DNA from: Raillietiella orientalis
Taxonomy: Eukaryota
Reading direction: 5' to 3'
DNA: 64,000 bases
NCBI GenBank assembly: GCA_036172245.1
Contig: JAYWIR010000007.1
Location: 2,604,001 to 2,668,000 of the forward strand
A model generated the notes under the pieces. The model did not search any database, was not told where the DNA came from, and saw nothing but the letters and a program-made list of their open reading frames with translations. Shown in pieces: positions 24,730-36,520 of the stretch (position 1 is the first letter of the stretch; every line of letters begins with the position of its first letter). The translations under genes were made by a program, and so were the position numbers.

Positions 24730-27700
24730 CGTTTGCGAATCGACTCAGCTGGGGAGGGTCATCCGTCCAGCCTCGGCTTGCCTTCCGGGAAAATGCATCG
24801 AAAGGACGGGATTAGTTCGGTCGGTGACCCATTTTGTGTGACCCTGGATTACCGGTTGAGCGTGAGGATCACCTCCTTGCTGTGTTTTCTGGACCTGATT
24901 ACGACGCTCATTGCCGTAGCAGGAACGTCTGGAAGTGGAATACCAGTGCTCGGCATTTCTTTCTCCTCTCACCTTGCGGACCCCCTTGACGGAATGCTTG
25001 CACATCCGGGAAGATGGGCATTGACTTCTCCCAGGAGTAGCAGATCTGGTTTTAGCCCGGGATCTGTTCTTGGGATGAACTGATTGGAAGCCTCCAGTAC
25101 CCCATTGCTCCCGAGTGGCCCTCTCTATCAGTCTCAACGTTTCCTCGTGTCGTTCGGTGATCATCGTGTGGTGACTTGCAGCTGAAGGTGCGACAAGTAA
25201 GGATTCCTCCTATGTTGCACATCTTATGTACATTTGGTCATCTTTCTCTCTGGGGAGCAATGCTCTTAAAGCAGAAGGTCAAGTCGGGCCGTATCCATAA
25301 ATCTATAGCCCGCGAACCTCAGGTATTTTCCGTTGTGTAAGACATACCCCGAGGCACAGTGCTGTCCCGCACAAGCTGCACTCTTCCCCTAATCTGGGTG
25401 CTTCGAAGTTGGGGGCTTCCTTGCTCTGCACCGTGTGACCAGAGACCTTCATCCTCAGTGATCTTCAGTGATCGGGCTTACGAACGTGAGCTCAGGGTTC
25501 GTCCTGAAAGATTCATCCTGCTTTGGTTGGTCTCGAATCTTGACCTCCTCTGGTGCAAATGTTTCTGGTTTCACTGTTGAGTTTGTTTCATTTTCCTTCG
25601 GCAGAGCCTTCGTCCACTCTATTTGTTGGCGGCGCTTTCAGTCACTTTTTGACTCCCGATCTCAGAGTTCTTGCAAGGCAGGTCCTGAAGGGATGATTCC
25701 CATGAGGTTAGCAGTTTGTGGCAGATCTCCGTTGCAAAGCCTCTGACTTGTCCAGAAGCTTTGGCAGGTCAAGCACCTCGGCGTTTGGCAGACTTATGAG
25801 TATTCTTTTGCCTCCTGACTTGCAAGGTGACTCTAAACATTTCGGTGAGCTCTTGTGCGAGCTCTCTGTTTGGGAACACTCCCAGCCGCTGGTGACGTAT
25901 TAGTCACGGGTAAGAAAAAGACCCCCTATGACATCGAGTTTTTGCCACGGAGTCAGAATTCCACAAGTCAAAATGGTGACTTTCTTTGCTACAGTCATTT
26001 GTTTCATGGATATGATGGCAACATTTTGAATCTAAAGAGTTTTCCAAATCAAAGAGGCAAAGAGTCCTACAAGTGCCCTCTTTGTCATGCTTCAGAACCG
26101 GAAGGTCTTTATCCTTAAGATCACATCCTTCTTGTCCCTCATGGCGCTGGGGCTCCGAAAAGCAGAGACGAACATTTCCTTGGATTGATGGATAGCCCGA
26201 AGTTTCGATCTAATCTGCGGAGCAAATTCAGAAGTCTACGGCTGCTGAGCAGATGAACTCCCGAGTCCACCCTTGGATTCCATTACTGATTGCACGGGTC
26301 ACCACAGTGCTCTAGCAACGCATTCTGCCCAGAGGACTCCCCCATCTTACGAAGTATGGGCTCAGTTGCAAGGTTAATTAGCATAAAGCTAAGGGAGTAT
26401 CTCTGCTTTGCTTCTCTGGATGTCCCGTGACTTGGGTTCATGATTGTAAGGACATATGCAGTGGTACCTCGGTACTCGACGGCGGCCATACATCTCAAAC
26501 TCGGTACTCGTCGCATTTTGACGAAAAAAAATGTTTCGACGTTCGGCGCATGCTCGCAACTTGACACCCCACTCTCATGATGACCCAAGAAAACGCTCGC
26601 TCCGTCTCGTGGTAGCTCGCTTGAAACCCGGTTGTGCAGGGACGTTTATTCTCGCGAACAAACCTCTATAAACTGTGGCTGGACCAGTAGTCCAGCAACG
26701 CCCTAGATACTGTCAGCCTGCCGGATCCCCGGTGCGCAGACCGCTCGTGGTAGCTCGCGAACAGTGCCCAACACTTCCATAGAGTGCCTCCCTAATGGTT
26801 CCTTTGTTTGTGCTTTCTGTGCATTTTAAGCGTTAATCATGGATTCTAAAATAGTTAAAAATAATACCACGAAGTCTACAAAAGAATTCGCTCGTTACTC
26901 GTCGGTTTCGGCACTCGTCACGAGCTTCGGAACGAATTACCGACGAGTACCGAGGTACCACTGCACTCATCTGCGTATGGAGCTTGCATTTTTCCTTCCA
27001 GGACGTCCTCTTATTCCGATCCCGCGAAACAGTCCCAAATTCGGCGAGCAGGTGTATGAGCGAAGATCTTCTGGCGGTCTGCTGGTATCATCGAGTCTGG
27101 TGCGAAGAACAAAGATTGGCACCGAACTCCGCAGTAAGGCGTGAAGCATTTCCGTTGCAGGCAGCTGACCGAGTTTTCGAGAATCTCCTCTTTTAGTCTT
27201 CATGCAAGCGCTTGGTGTAGCGGCAAAGAGCGCAATAGCCTCCCGACACCGGTTACTTCCAGATTTAAACAGTGCTGTGATCTGTAAGTGTTTTCCATTC
27301 GCCGGAGTTTCCTGATGCTTTAAATATGCAGGAAGCGTGAAGGAGAGAAGGATGACCACTAACCTCCTTCCCTGGTATGAAATGCCATCCAAATATGAGG
27401 AAGAGGGTGGGGCATTTTCCTTTTTATGTAGGTCGGCGCGATCCCATCTGCAGGAAAGGGAAGTGAGATCGATCAGGGAAGTCACTCCGTACCTCCCAAT
27501 CCTGATGATCTCAGCCGGCGGTCCAGGTGCTGCTGAGAGGTGCTTTCCCGCATATCCGACAACAACCGTAGTTCCTCCTCGATAATCCAAGGATTCTTTT
27601 CGCTGCTCACCACCAGCTGACCTGGTTCAGTTCCTTTATCTCACTTCTCATCAGGCCTACAATCCTCATCTTCGGCATCGCTCTGGATGCTTTCATTCCA

Positions 27701-28420
27701 AGGACGCCGCAGAGTTTTACCCAAATCGAGTCAGCTCTCTTTCGCAGGTCCTGCAAAGTGGGTCCTCCGAATTGGTCAGCTTCTGAAATTTATTTTTTTC
27801 ATTAAGAGCAATAGGTTCTCTTTTTATCGTAGGGTCCATCATTTCCTTCTCACTGAGCCCTATTTAGTGATGCGCGACAATTTGGGGTCCGTTCCCCTTC
27901 CCCATCTTGGGTTGCTCTTCTCTGACTACCACTGGCCATGATGTGCATTCCGCGTTTAAGCACATTTCTTCCTTTTCTCGAGAGACCCGTGCAAATCGCG
28001 AGGATGCATCCTTGGCGCCTCTTGGTTGTGCTCCGGATCAGTACCATGCTCCAGCTCTCCTCCTCCGACGGCAGGCAGAGCATGCAGTCCTTCTTGCAGA
28101 ATAAAATTGGATTTTTGGGTCCGGAATCGGGCGAAAATTCAGATTTTTCTTCGTGGAGGTTTCTTCAATTCCTACCTCCTCCTTCCCTACTCGAGTTCCG
28201 CGTTGGGAATTCCTTCTCGCTCCTGTGTCAACTGCTCGACTCCTGCCAAATACGCATCGCCTGTTTCCCTGTGAAGCGAGGCGAACCTCTGTTCCCCGGA
28301 AAATTCAGCTTGAGGGTCTGTGTACCTCCTTCCATATGCCCTTGGTGCACGGTTCGCTCCGACGCCTTCTTGGTGAACCACATTTTGCATCCTGGATCAT
28401 TCTAACGTGTCCCGATGGAA
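24730..28420 (-). mobile_element. Decayed RLE-type non-LTR retrotransposon, Utopia/NeSL/R2-group-like
   Basis: Minus-strand motifs in the expected order: C2H2-like PGCKMWFTKKASERTVHQGH (~28400-28335); LHKKENAP..LDGISY and YLKHQETPANGKHLQITALFKSG (RT N-terminal, ~27430-27255); EAKQRYSLSFMLINLATEPILR (~26415-26350); FGLSINPRKCSSL (~26200-26162); KHPD*GKSAAC..HCASGYVLHNGKYLRFAGYRFMDTARLDLL (~25403-25272); KC.RC..EESL...MITERH (~25235-25147); and GLKPDLLL (RLE PD motif, ~25058-25035). Confidence 0.82.
26457..26965. mobile_element. 509-bp MITE with perfect 22-bp terminal inverted repeats (pogo/Tigger-like end sequence), inserted in the RT of the RLE element
   Basis: TGCAGTGGTACCTCGGTACTCG at 26457-26478 and its exact reverse complement at 26944-26965. 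Subterminal CTCGGTACTCGTCG-like copies lie near 26500 and 26891-26920. CTCGTGGTAGCTCGC is repeated internally (~26606, ~26744). Confidence 0.9.
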
Positions 28421-28729
28421 GCACAGCACCAACGGGTTCACATGGCTGGAGTCACATGCACCGTTGGAATGCTGCCTGTCTCCCCATGAGAAACGACAGG
28501 TCTCGAATGGACAGGGCCTGGTGGAGACAGTGAGTCTTCCTGAACCTGCACTTCGACTAGATTGCTCTTCTAATCATTTCCTTTGCGCTTGCTTCCTGTA
28601 CGTTCCGTTCGTGATTTCATTCTTTGGATTAAGACATCGTCCAGTACAGTTCAACCCTTCTCAATGCGGGTGCAGTTTCGATCCAAGGTTTTTCGCATTG
28701 ACCATTGCCTACTGAAATGGCCGATGCGA

Positions 28730-28776
28730 GAACCCAAGCATCAGTGAGAATTTTCGGAACCCAAGCATCAGTGAGA
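28730..28776. repeat. Short direct duplication (20-bp unit, 27-bp period)
   Basis: GAACCCAAGCATCAGTGAGA at 28730-28749 and 28757-28776. Confidence 0.9.
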
Positions 28777-31700
28777 TACCAAGAACCATGATCCGGAAAT
28801 TCATAGAACCAAGTTTTTTTTATTGGTTGAACGGAGGCATTAGATAAAATGAGGATGAGGGTATTGGTTCTTTGCTCTCTTTACCTGACCTTCTTCGCCT
28901 TCTTGCTATCCGTGTTTAATCCATCCTCCTGTTCCATGCGTGTGAGGCTGTGAGATGCCCCCACCCGCGTCTGCATTGGCTGATGCGCGTTCGTCGGTGT
29001 TCTGTTCGTTTTCCCCTTTCTCTGAGGGATTGTCCTAATCTATAGGTGCGATGAACATCTTCGAGATGTTCGAGACAACATTAAAGTGCCTCACTTTGTC
29101 GAGACGTGGCAGACATCCTCAGCTGCCCTCACTGCAACTCAACTTGACAAGGTTTGAACGTCCAGATGAACGCTTTTCGTTAACATGGAGACAGCAATAT
29201 CTCTGCACTTGGTGTCCTGTCTTGCTCGAGTTCCTCTGAAAGCTTCAGGTGGCCCGAAGGGGCGACGTTCAGCAAGCTGATAGTATCGTCTACCATATAA
29301 CACAGCAGCAACGTCTCCTGGACTCACCAGATAGGGAACTGTTCGGGAGGCCGGGCACTGACCCAGCTGGTCGAGTCAACAGAGGAGCACCACTTACCTT
29401 TAGACCTGAGTGAAGCTGAAACTCGATGCAGGAGGGCTTGGACCAATGCCAAAGGTCCCCGGAAACCAGGCAGGAGCTCGAGGGCTGGAAATGTCGAAGC
29501 GACCCCGCTCTCCTACGGAGGGAACCCCCACCTCTACAAGGAGAGCACTTCGGCTCTTGCATGCCCGTCGCGCAGCAGCCCTTCGTCAACAACGGCAAAG
29601 TTGGACAGGTCGAAGGTCCAGACATAATTGTCATTCATTCGGAGAACAAATAACCAATCAAAACAGGAATGCCGTCCACGTTTCTGAAAATGGGTGCAAG
29701 CGGGCGCAGATTCCGAACCTCGTCAAACGGCGCTGACGCATCGCCGGGGCTGCAAACCCTCAGTGAAATGAATGCGTGGCGTACCCGTGCGCACCTTGAT
29801 GAAAACGCGTGTTTGGGTAAAGCCAAGAGAAATGGGCTCCCAAGCCTTGAAACCCAGCATCCCGAGGGAGTCCGCGAGGTATAAAACTTGATGCGGCGCA
29901 GGTTTCCGAAATCTCCACGTGACCCCAGAATTTACTCGCTTCTTGCTGCTGTTCTTCTTTCACGCTCTCGAAGGGGGAACTTTTTTCATGAATCCTCTGC
30001 CTGCAGCCTCGCCTTAGTCTGGGCCTTTCCGGGCACATCCCGATTTCGATGGCTCCCTACAACCACGTGGTTTCCTAGGAATTTCCCTCACGCTCCGTCC
30101 CTGCTTGCTTCGTGCAGCAACTTTCAGATGCTCCTCCTGCCGATGGAGGAATATTCCACATCTTTCCGCGCAGCTCCGCCTTTGTTGGCGTAACTTCAAA
30201 CCCTAACCTTGCACTCCTCACGGGGGGTCCCACTGTTGAAGTTTCTTGCGAGAGGAAAGAAGAGAGCCTTCTGAGAATCAGAGCATCCTCCTACAACCCG
30301 AGTTCGGGTTTCGAGAGACTCCACATTCAATCGGAGCAGCAGCATCCCTGAGACAGCAAGCTGCTCCCAAGTAGGAAAGGCTTCACTCCCCTCGACGTTC
30401 TTCGAAAAAACAAAACTGTTTTTTTTTTTGGAAGTCTTCACGGCAGCAGGGTAAGGAGAAGGGGAGTTCTGGATCCACTTCCTGCTCGCATCTGATGCTC
30501 TCGATGAGAAGCAGCTTTCCCACAGTCCTCCCAGGCGGTGACAACCTTGCTTCGCCCGTCCATCAGAAATCCACACATCCAAAGCAGACGCAGCAATTCC
30601 AGCCTGTCGATTCTCAGGTGCCCTTAGGCAACGGCAGCAATGATTTCTGAATCCGCCTAATGTTCCCCAGGGGAGATTGCCTCGGTTGATGATGCGACGG
30701 AGCAGCCTTTTTGTATTTTGCGTAGACCACCGCCTCAGCGTCGAGACAGTTCCAGAACCAGATTGCAGACCAATTCGTGGAACTGCTCGTGTAGACATGC
30801 TGTGGAGGCGCGCGCTCGTGTCCTTGCGCCGTGGACCCCTCTGGGAGCTTCCAGAGGACGCGTCCATAGATCGATTCCGATTTCAAGATCCATTTCCTTC
30901 ATGCAGAGCACAAAGGCTGGATCCGGGCTGCGAGCTGTAGTGCCATCGATCTTCGGAAAGCCCATAACACTTACGACCTTTCCATATTGACCACCGCCTT
31001 CATTTGCATATGCTTTGTTCGATGGGAATCGTTCTGTCTTTCCTAGCTCCTCAGTGCTACAGAGAGATTTCAGTCAACGAGCCCACTCTTCAGAGGTTCA
31101 TGAACATCCGAGCCGTGCGATCGCGTGTCACGCAAATGGCCCACCATCCCAACACGCCGAAGTGGTGTCGAAGAGACCTTAGCGCAGTCCCTCAATGGCA
31201 CGTTTCGCTTCATCTATGATGCCTATCCACGCGGCTTCAAGGGAACGCCGTGTCTTTCAAGAGGTAGAGACTGCAATGCAGTCTCCTTGGTGATCAAGGA
31301 ACATGCTGCGGTGGTGGTGGCGGCAGTTACTTACCTGCTCCGAGGGATTGCGGAAGCTAGGGGAGGGGAAAGCTCCCACACCATCAAAGATGAGACTCCT
31401 AGAGTCTCAGCTTTCCATTCTCGATGATGAAGAAATCTAACTGCATCATTTACGCTGGAGCTTCAATCTCTGACGCCTGCGTTGGGCAGGGAAAGTTACA
31501 AAGCCTCATAAGTTATGGAGACCGGGATCTCTTGGGGCTTGGAGGAACCCTCATTCCGAGACTTCTTCCTTTCCTTGATACAGGTTTGAGTCTGTTAGAG
31601 GAGTAACAAAAAGAATAGAATTTAAGAGGTAGAGAAGGCGACATAGCTTGCTTTATCTTCCATCCAGCCTCCCTTCTTCTAGATTTGTGGCTTTAAGCTC

Positions 31701-32249
31701 TGAGTGTCCGTTCTAAAGGGAAAGTGGAAGAAATGGCTTATTATTTTTTTCATCCGGCTATCCCGAAAGGTAGCCGAGGATTCTAGAAAGAAGGGCATCG
31801 CCTTGAAGTAGATTCATCAGCTAAGACCAACACATCGGCAGCTCGTACCGATTCATGGAGCTAGATCCGTCTCTCTGCAGTAAGCGTTCCCTGCCGTTAC
31901 AGAGTCTTCATCCCTCAATTTCCGCGTTCTCCTGAAAACCCGGAGTTTCCTCGCCTAGGTTCAAGGTCAAGGGGGTTTTCATCAACCGCAAATGAACGAG
32001 GACACAGCCAGATGGACTCGTGCTGACGACGAGTGCGTTTCTCAAGGACGGGAACGCTCTTGGGGACTCTGGAACTCCCCACGAGGCGTTTCCCCATCCT
32101 GTCGAGACTGGCAGACGGGAAGCGTCCTGGAAACGTCTCCCTCACGCTAGGCAAGAGCTGCTGTTTCGTCTTTCACTTCAGTGCAGGGATCTTCGTTTCT
32201 TAAACATCATGGGTTCACTTTCCTGTAGAGCAGACCGGTTGTTATGACA

Positions 32250-34800
32250 CCCAATCAGCCAGGAAGCGCGAAGGATGAAGCGGAAGCAGGAAATCCTCCA
32301 AGCGAAAGCAAAACAAGCGCTGCGCGCATGGCGCCCGCCGAGCCCCCTATCCCGGCGCCGCAGCCACTGCCTGATCGGCGCTCGGAGCGAGTCGGTTCTC
32401 GTCTCTCACACGCATGCTAGCGGTCCCCCCCGCAAAACGAACAGGAAGTGGCGGTTGCTATGCTGCGGTCGGTGTCGCGGCCCCTCACGGAAGGTGTGTG
32501 GCTAGTTCCTCGGAGGAGGCAACGCCCTCCCGTGCTTGACTTCTCAGAGCACCGCTCTTGAATCCGCGATGCATGCGTCCGCGCAGAGGATGTCCCATGT
32601 CCATCACAGCTTCCTTTCAGCACTCGCCGAAGGGAGGGGGGAACTTCATCTGTCCGGGCGGGGAAGAGGAGCAGAAACCGCAGGGTGGGAGGATCCGGAG
32701 ACTGGACGCAGGAAGGCGACAGCTCTCGGTTGACGCGCCGGGACGGCTTGGAGGCGTGGTCTGCGTCGCTCCGCAGACCGCCGCATCGTCTCCCTTTTCT
32801 CTCCACAGTGCAACAGCTTCCGAGGCAGCGAACTTTTACTTCCCACGGATTTCTTCCCATGCCGAGGTGACCTCGCGCCAGCGACGAAGGAAGAGCGGGA
32901 GGGGGGAAAAAGCCCTGAGTGCTGCCCTCCCGTGGAATTCCTGCCACTCACTGCGCAGATTCCTGCTGCAGCGACCCCTGAACGCACGCCAAAAAAAAAA
33001 AAAAAGAAAAGAAAGGAAAAGGAAACGAAAAGAGGTGTCCGTGCGCCGAAGAGGGCACTTCTCTCCCCTGCCCGACAACCTCCTCCGGGTGGCACACTTC
33101 AGCAGAGCAGGCCGCCAGACCGACTGCCTCTGTTGTTCGAGCCTGTGCGCCCGTTGTTTCAGACGAGAACCCTGCTTCGCAGCGTGGCAGCTCCTCAGAA
33201 GATACAATGTTGCCAGCTTCCTACAAAAGACTTATCGCGTCATCAGATCAGCCCTTTCACACATAAATAATTTACCGAGGAACCACCTGTGTCCTCCTAG
33301 GTGCGTGTGGATTGACTCGGGGAGAATGCGTGATGGGAAAACACAAGTGGCTAACCTACTTACGACGGCATCGGTCGCTCTGGAATGAAAGCGAGACGAA
33401 TCCGCGAGGTACGCGGAGACGTCTCAGCCTCCGAGGAGCCACGGGGAAAAACGCGAGCCCCATCCCCTTTTCAAGATCGGATCCGGAGCAGCGTTCTGTC
33501 CGGCGTAGATCTGCACCGCTCGGGAGCGAAAGGAAGAGGGAGGAGGGCGGCTGGGAGCGCTCCCGGAAGTGATCCTCCAGGCACGGGGAAAGCTTCCAGA
33601 CGCCGGACCTCATGGAAGCTTCCAGCCACCCGGCGTCTGGACCTGGAGGAACGCAATGACGGTGCAAAAGGGACCTCTCTGGCAGAGCAGCGACACCAAT
33701 CTGGAGCGGACGCGCGTAAACATCCGAGAAGAAGAAAGCGTCGCGCTCCGGAAGGGATTCGGCGGCGCCAGGTGTTTACGAGGTCCAAGGGAAATGGAAG
33801 GGGTAGGGAAGGGGAGGGAGGGGCGAGGTGCGAAGCTTCCAACTCCGCGCGTGCGCGCGCTTCTGGTCAGCTGGACACGGGAAGTGGCGAGGAAAGAGCG
33901 GGGGAAGGGTGCGAGTCCTTCCTGGCTCGCGAAGAGCGTTCCAAGCGCGCGCGCGCCGGGCGAACCCCCTGGGAGCGAACTGCTGCCACGAGAAGTCGCG
34001 CGAAACGCGTGGATCCCTCCGAAACACGGGGATGCTCGGAGATACAAGAGATAAAACGCGCGAGAGGTGACAAGTGCACAAGCACCCCTCCTCCCCTCCG
34101 GTCCCCCATCCGCGCGCGCCCTGTTTTCGAGCTACAAGGTCACTCCCGGAGGTCGTAAACATGTAATTTACAGGTCCTAAAAGCCAACATTCGGAGGCCA
34201 ATCACGGGAACTTAAGTGACTGTCAGGAGATGAGTTTCTCGAACGCCCGAGGAGCGGCAGGGAACCGAGCGGGGAGGGGACGAAGCCTTCCTGCGGGAAG
34301 GTGATGTCGCGTTCGGGCGAGCCATTCGTCAAGAAAGTGCCGGCCCCCGTGCCGAGCGAAGGGGAATTCCTCGGACTCTCGGGGAGCAGCCGCGGTTGCG
34401 TCCCGCAGCCACCCGGAGGAAGCAGTTTCTCTCTCCTCCCCGCCCTCGTCTTCGCTGGCCCCCGGAGTCGTCTGATCCGACGAGGGACGGATCAGCTGCT
34501 GGCGCTGGCGGACTGCCGGGACGCAGACTCCCGCAGCGGGCTCAACGCTATGAGGTCCATCGATCCTCTTTCCGCTCTCCCTTGCTGCTGCTGGTGGTGG
34601 TGGTGGTGCTGCTCCTTCCCTCCCCTCCTCGGGAGCTTTCGCCGGCGAAGAGCGCACAGGGAGGGAGCGCGCCGAAGCGCCTCCGCCTGGTCTCGCCTGG
34701 GCCGTGCGATGACCGACGGCCCGGTGTGCACGTGCGACGCCGCCCCCGGAACCGTAAGGAGACGCCCGGGACGTCGTAAGTCTCCTATCAGGAAGGTGTG
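32250..34800. promoter_or_regulatory. GC/CpG-rich promoter-like island
   Basis: Many CGCG runs. CCAATCAG at 32251, CAGGAAGTG at 32442, CCGGAAGTG at 33563, CCAATCAC at 34198. Donor-like GTAAGG at 34754 and GTAAGT at 34776. Confidence 0.3.
34583..34612. repeat. Compound trinucleotide microsatellite (TGC)3(TGG)5(TGC)2
   Basis: Read directly from the sequence. Confidence 0.9.
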
Positions 34801-35864
34801 AGGGGAGAGGAGGAGGGGGGTTGACGCAGAGAGAGATTCTCCAAGAACGGCTTCCTTCTTGAGTTCCCCTGAGGTCCACCGTCTCTGCCTTTAATAAATC
34901 CTCAGGTAGAATGGCTAGGAGTGAAGGTTGCAGCCTGGGATGGGGGAAGGAATGAGCGCCGCCCAAGGGCCATGGGAAATAAACGCTGTGATACTGAAAA
35001 TCAGCCCAAAAGGGGTTAAAAAAATAAGGAGATAAAGAATCTTTCTCTTCAGAATGGATACGAGGGAAGGCCACGCGGGAGGGCGCAAAAACAAAAGACG
35101 TCTCTCCCGGACGCTGGGAAACTCGTTTTCCAGAACTCGGCACTTCTGGGAGCTCCGCCACGATCGATGGCTCCCAGAGGAACGAGGATGACTGCAGAAG
35201 GGCACGGGGAGCGATCTCTGGCTTCACCCGCGATCTGCCTCCGGGATGCAAAGAGACGAACTTCTCTTCCCTAACAGGGGAGGAGAGGAAGGAAAGGAAA
35301 GTGGTAAGTCCGAAGCGGTGTGCCTGGTTCCCCTTTCTGTGGGCAACAGCTTGACCATCTCCGAGCGACTCCCAGAATCGGTTAAAAAGGGCTTGAGGCG
35401 ATCGGGCATCTTGGAAGAGCATGAGAGGAGAAGGAGAAATCGAGAGAACAAGTTGCACGGTATGCTGCCAGCTCCAGCACGCATTCTGGAAGGTGGGTCG
35501 GAAGCTCCTTGGGGGGTGACTGCACCGCCTCTGGGCGAGAGCCTCCCTTCCTTTCCTGCCGCGACAGCCACGAAGAGACGCGGGGGCTTCAACAATCCTG
35601 GACCCCTCGTCGGCGAGTGGTCACGTGGCTTCTTGGCCGCAGGTCCTCTCCTGCCACCAACGTCTCTGGCGTCTACTGAGAATGGGAACGGCGTTCCCTC
35701 CTGCAGCTGCGGCTGGCTGATTGAGAGCGTGCAAGGGCTTCCGCGACGCTGGGTAGTTGGCTAAGTCGGAGGAAGAGGATGCTATATTCTTCGCCGTGTG
35801 GTGAGTCTGGATCCCCCTCCCAGGGAAAGAACAAGAACTTGCTCAAAGGAAGAAGAAGAATTTT

Positions 35865-36520
35865 ACCTAGTGACGCCGGAACGTTCAAAGAAAACACACA
35901 AGTCAGAGGGGAACAGCGTCTCCTAAATATAAGAGATACCAGAGAAAAAAAAAAGTACATTGGGGATGACCATCGGCACGCAAGCCGGCCTCTATGAAAG
36001 CTCTGAACGGAGGGAGGGGACAATAAATAAATAAGGAAAAGACGTGAAGTTAGGAACTTAGGCTTAGTCTTTCTTCGTTCCTTTCTTTCTAGAAGTGGCT
36101 GTAGATGGTGGCGACCTCAATCGTGACTTCTGGCAGATGAGGCCACCTTGCAGCCGTCCTCATAAAGGCAGCCTCCTTGCTGGTGGCCTCCCTTCGCAGA
36201 AAATGAGACTCCAGCACATAGAGGGCTGTTACTATGGCGCAGATGCAACAGATGGTTGCGATCACAGCGCCCGTCTCGAGTGAAGAAGCGCAAGTGGAGG
36301 GTCCCGCGGGTGGAGGACAGCCTAAGTGAATCTCCATCACATGTCCTCCAGGGCATTGCAGTCCAATAGGAGGTGCGGAAATGATTCTATCTCTCCGCAC
36401 CTTAAACAGATCGAGGAGAAACTCCCCTGGAAACCAGGTGCCTGAGCTGGAATTGCGCTGGAATCCCTAGTGCAGAAGCAGTAGAACATTCCGTTTCCAA
36501 CGGAGCGGGAACCCTGAGGT
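35865..36520 (-). mobile_element. L1/Tx1-like LINE 3' fragment with intact CCHC motif
   Basis: FPLRWKRNVLLLLH, CLRCGEIESFPHLLLDC (C-x2-C-x7-H-x4-C), TICCICAIVTA and AAFMRTAARWPHL. The UTR is homologous to the 15-kb copy. Terminal AACGTTCCGGCGTCACTAGGT at 35885-35865. Confidence 0.8.

Noticed and set aside
28730..28810. Short direct repeats as a possible CRISPR-like array
   Set aside because: Only two units with a 7-nt gap, eukaryotic context and no cas genes.
31765..31825. F-box-like peptide MNLLQGDALLSRILGYLS (minus), plus LRR-like scraps near 16.7, 29.1 and 57.4 kb
   Set aside because: The motifs are too short and bounded by stops.
34223..35458. Longest ORF in the track (411 aa, minus)
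   Set aside because: It lies in GC-rich DNA, is P/S/R/A-rich, crosses a microsatellite and has no recognisable domain; likely a chance open frame.
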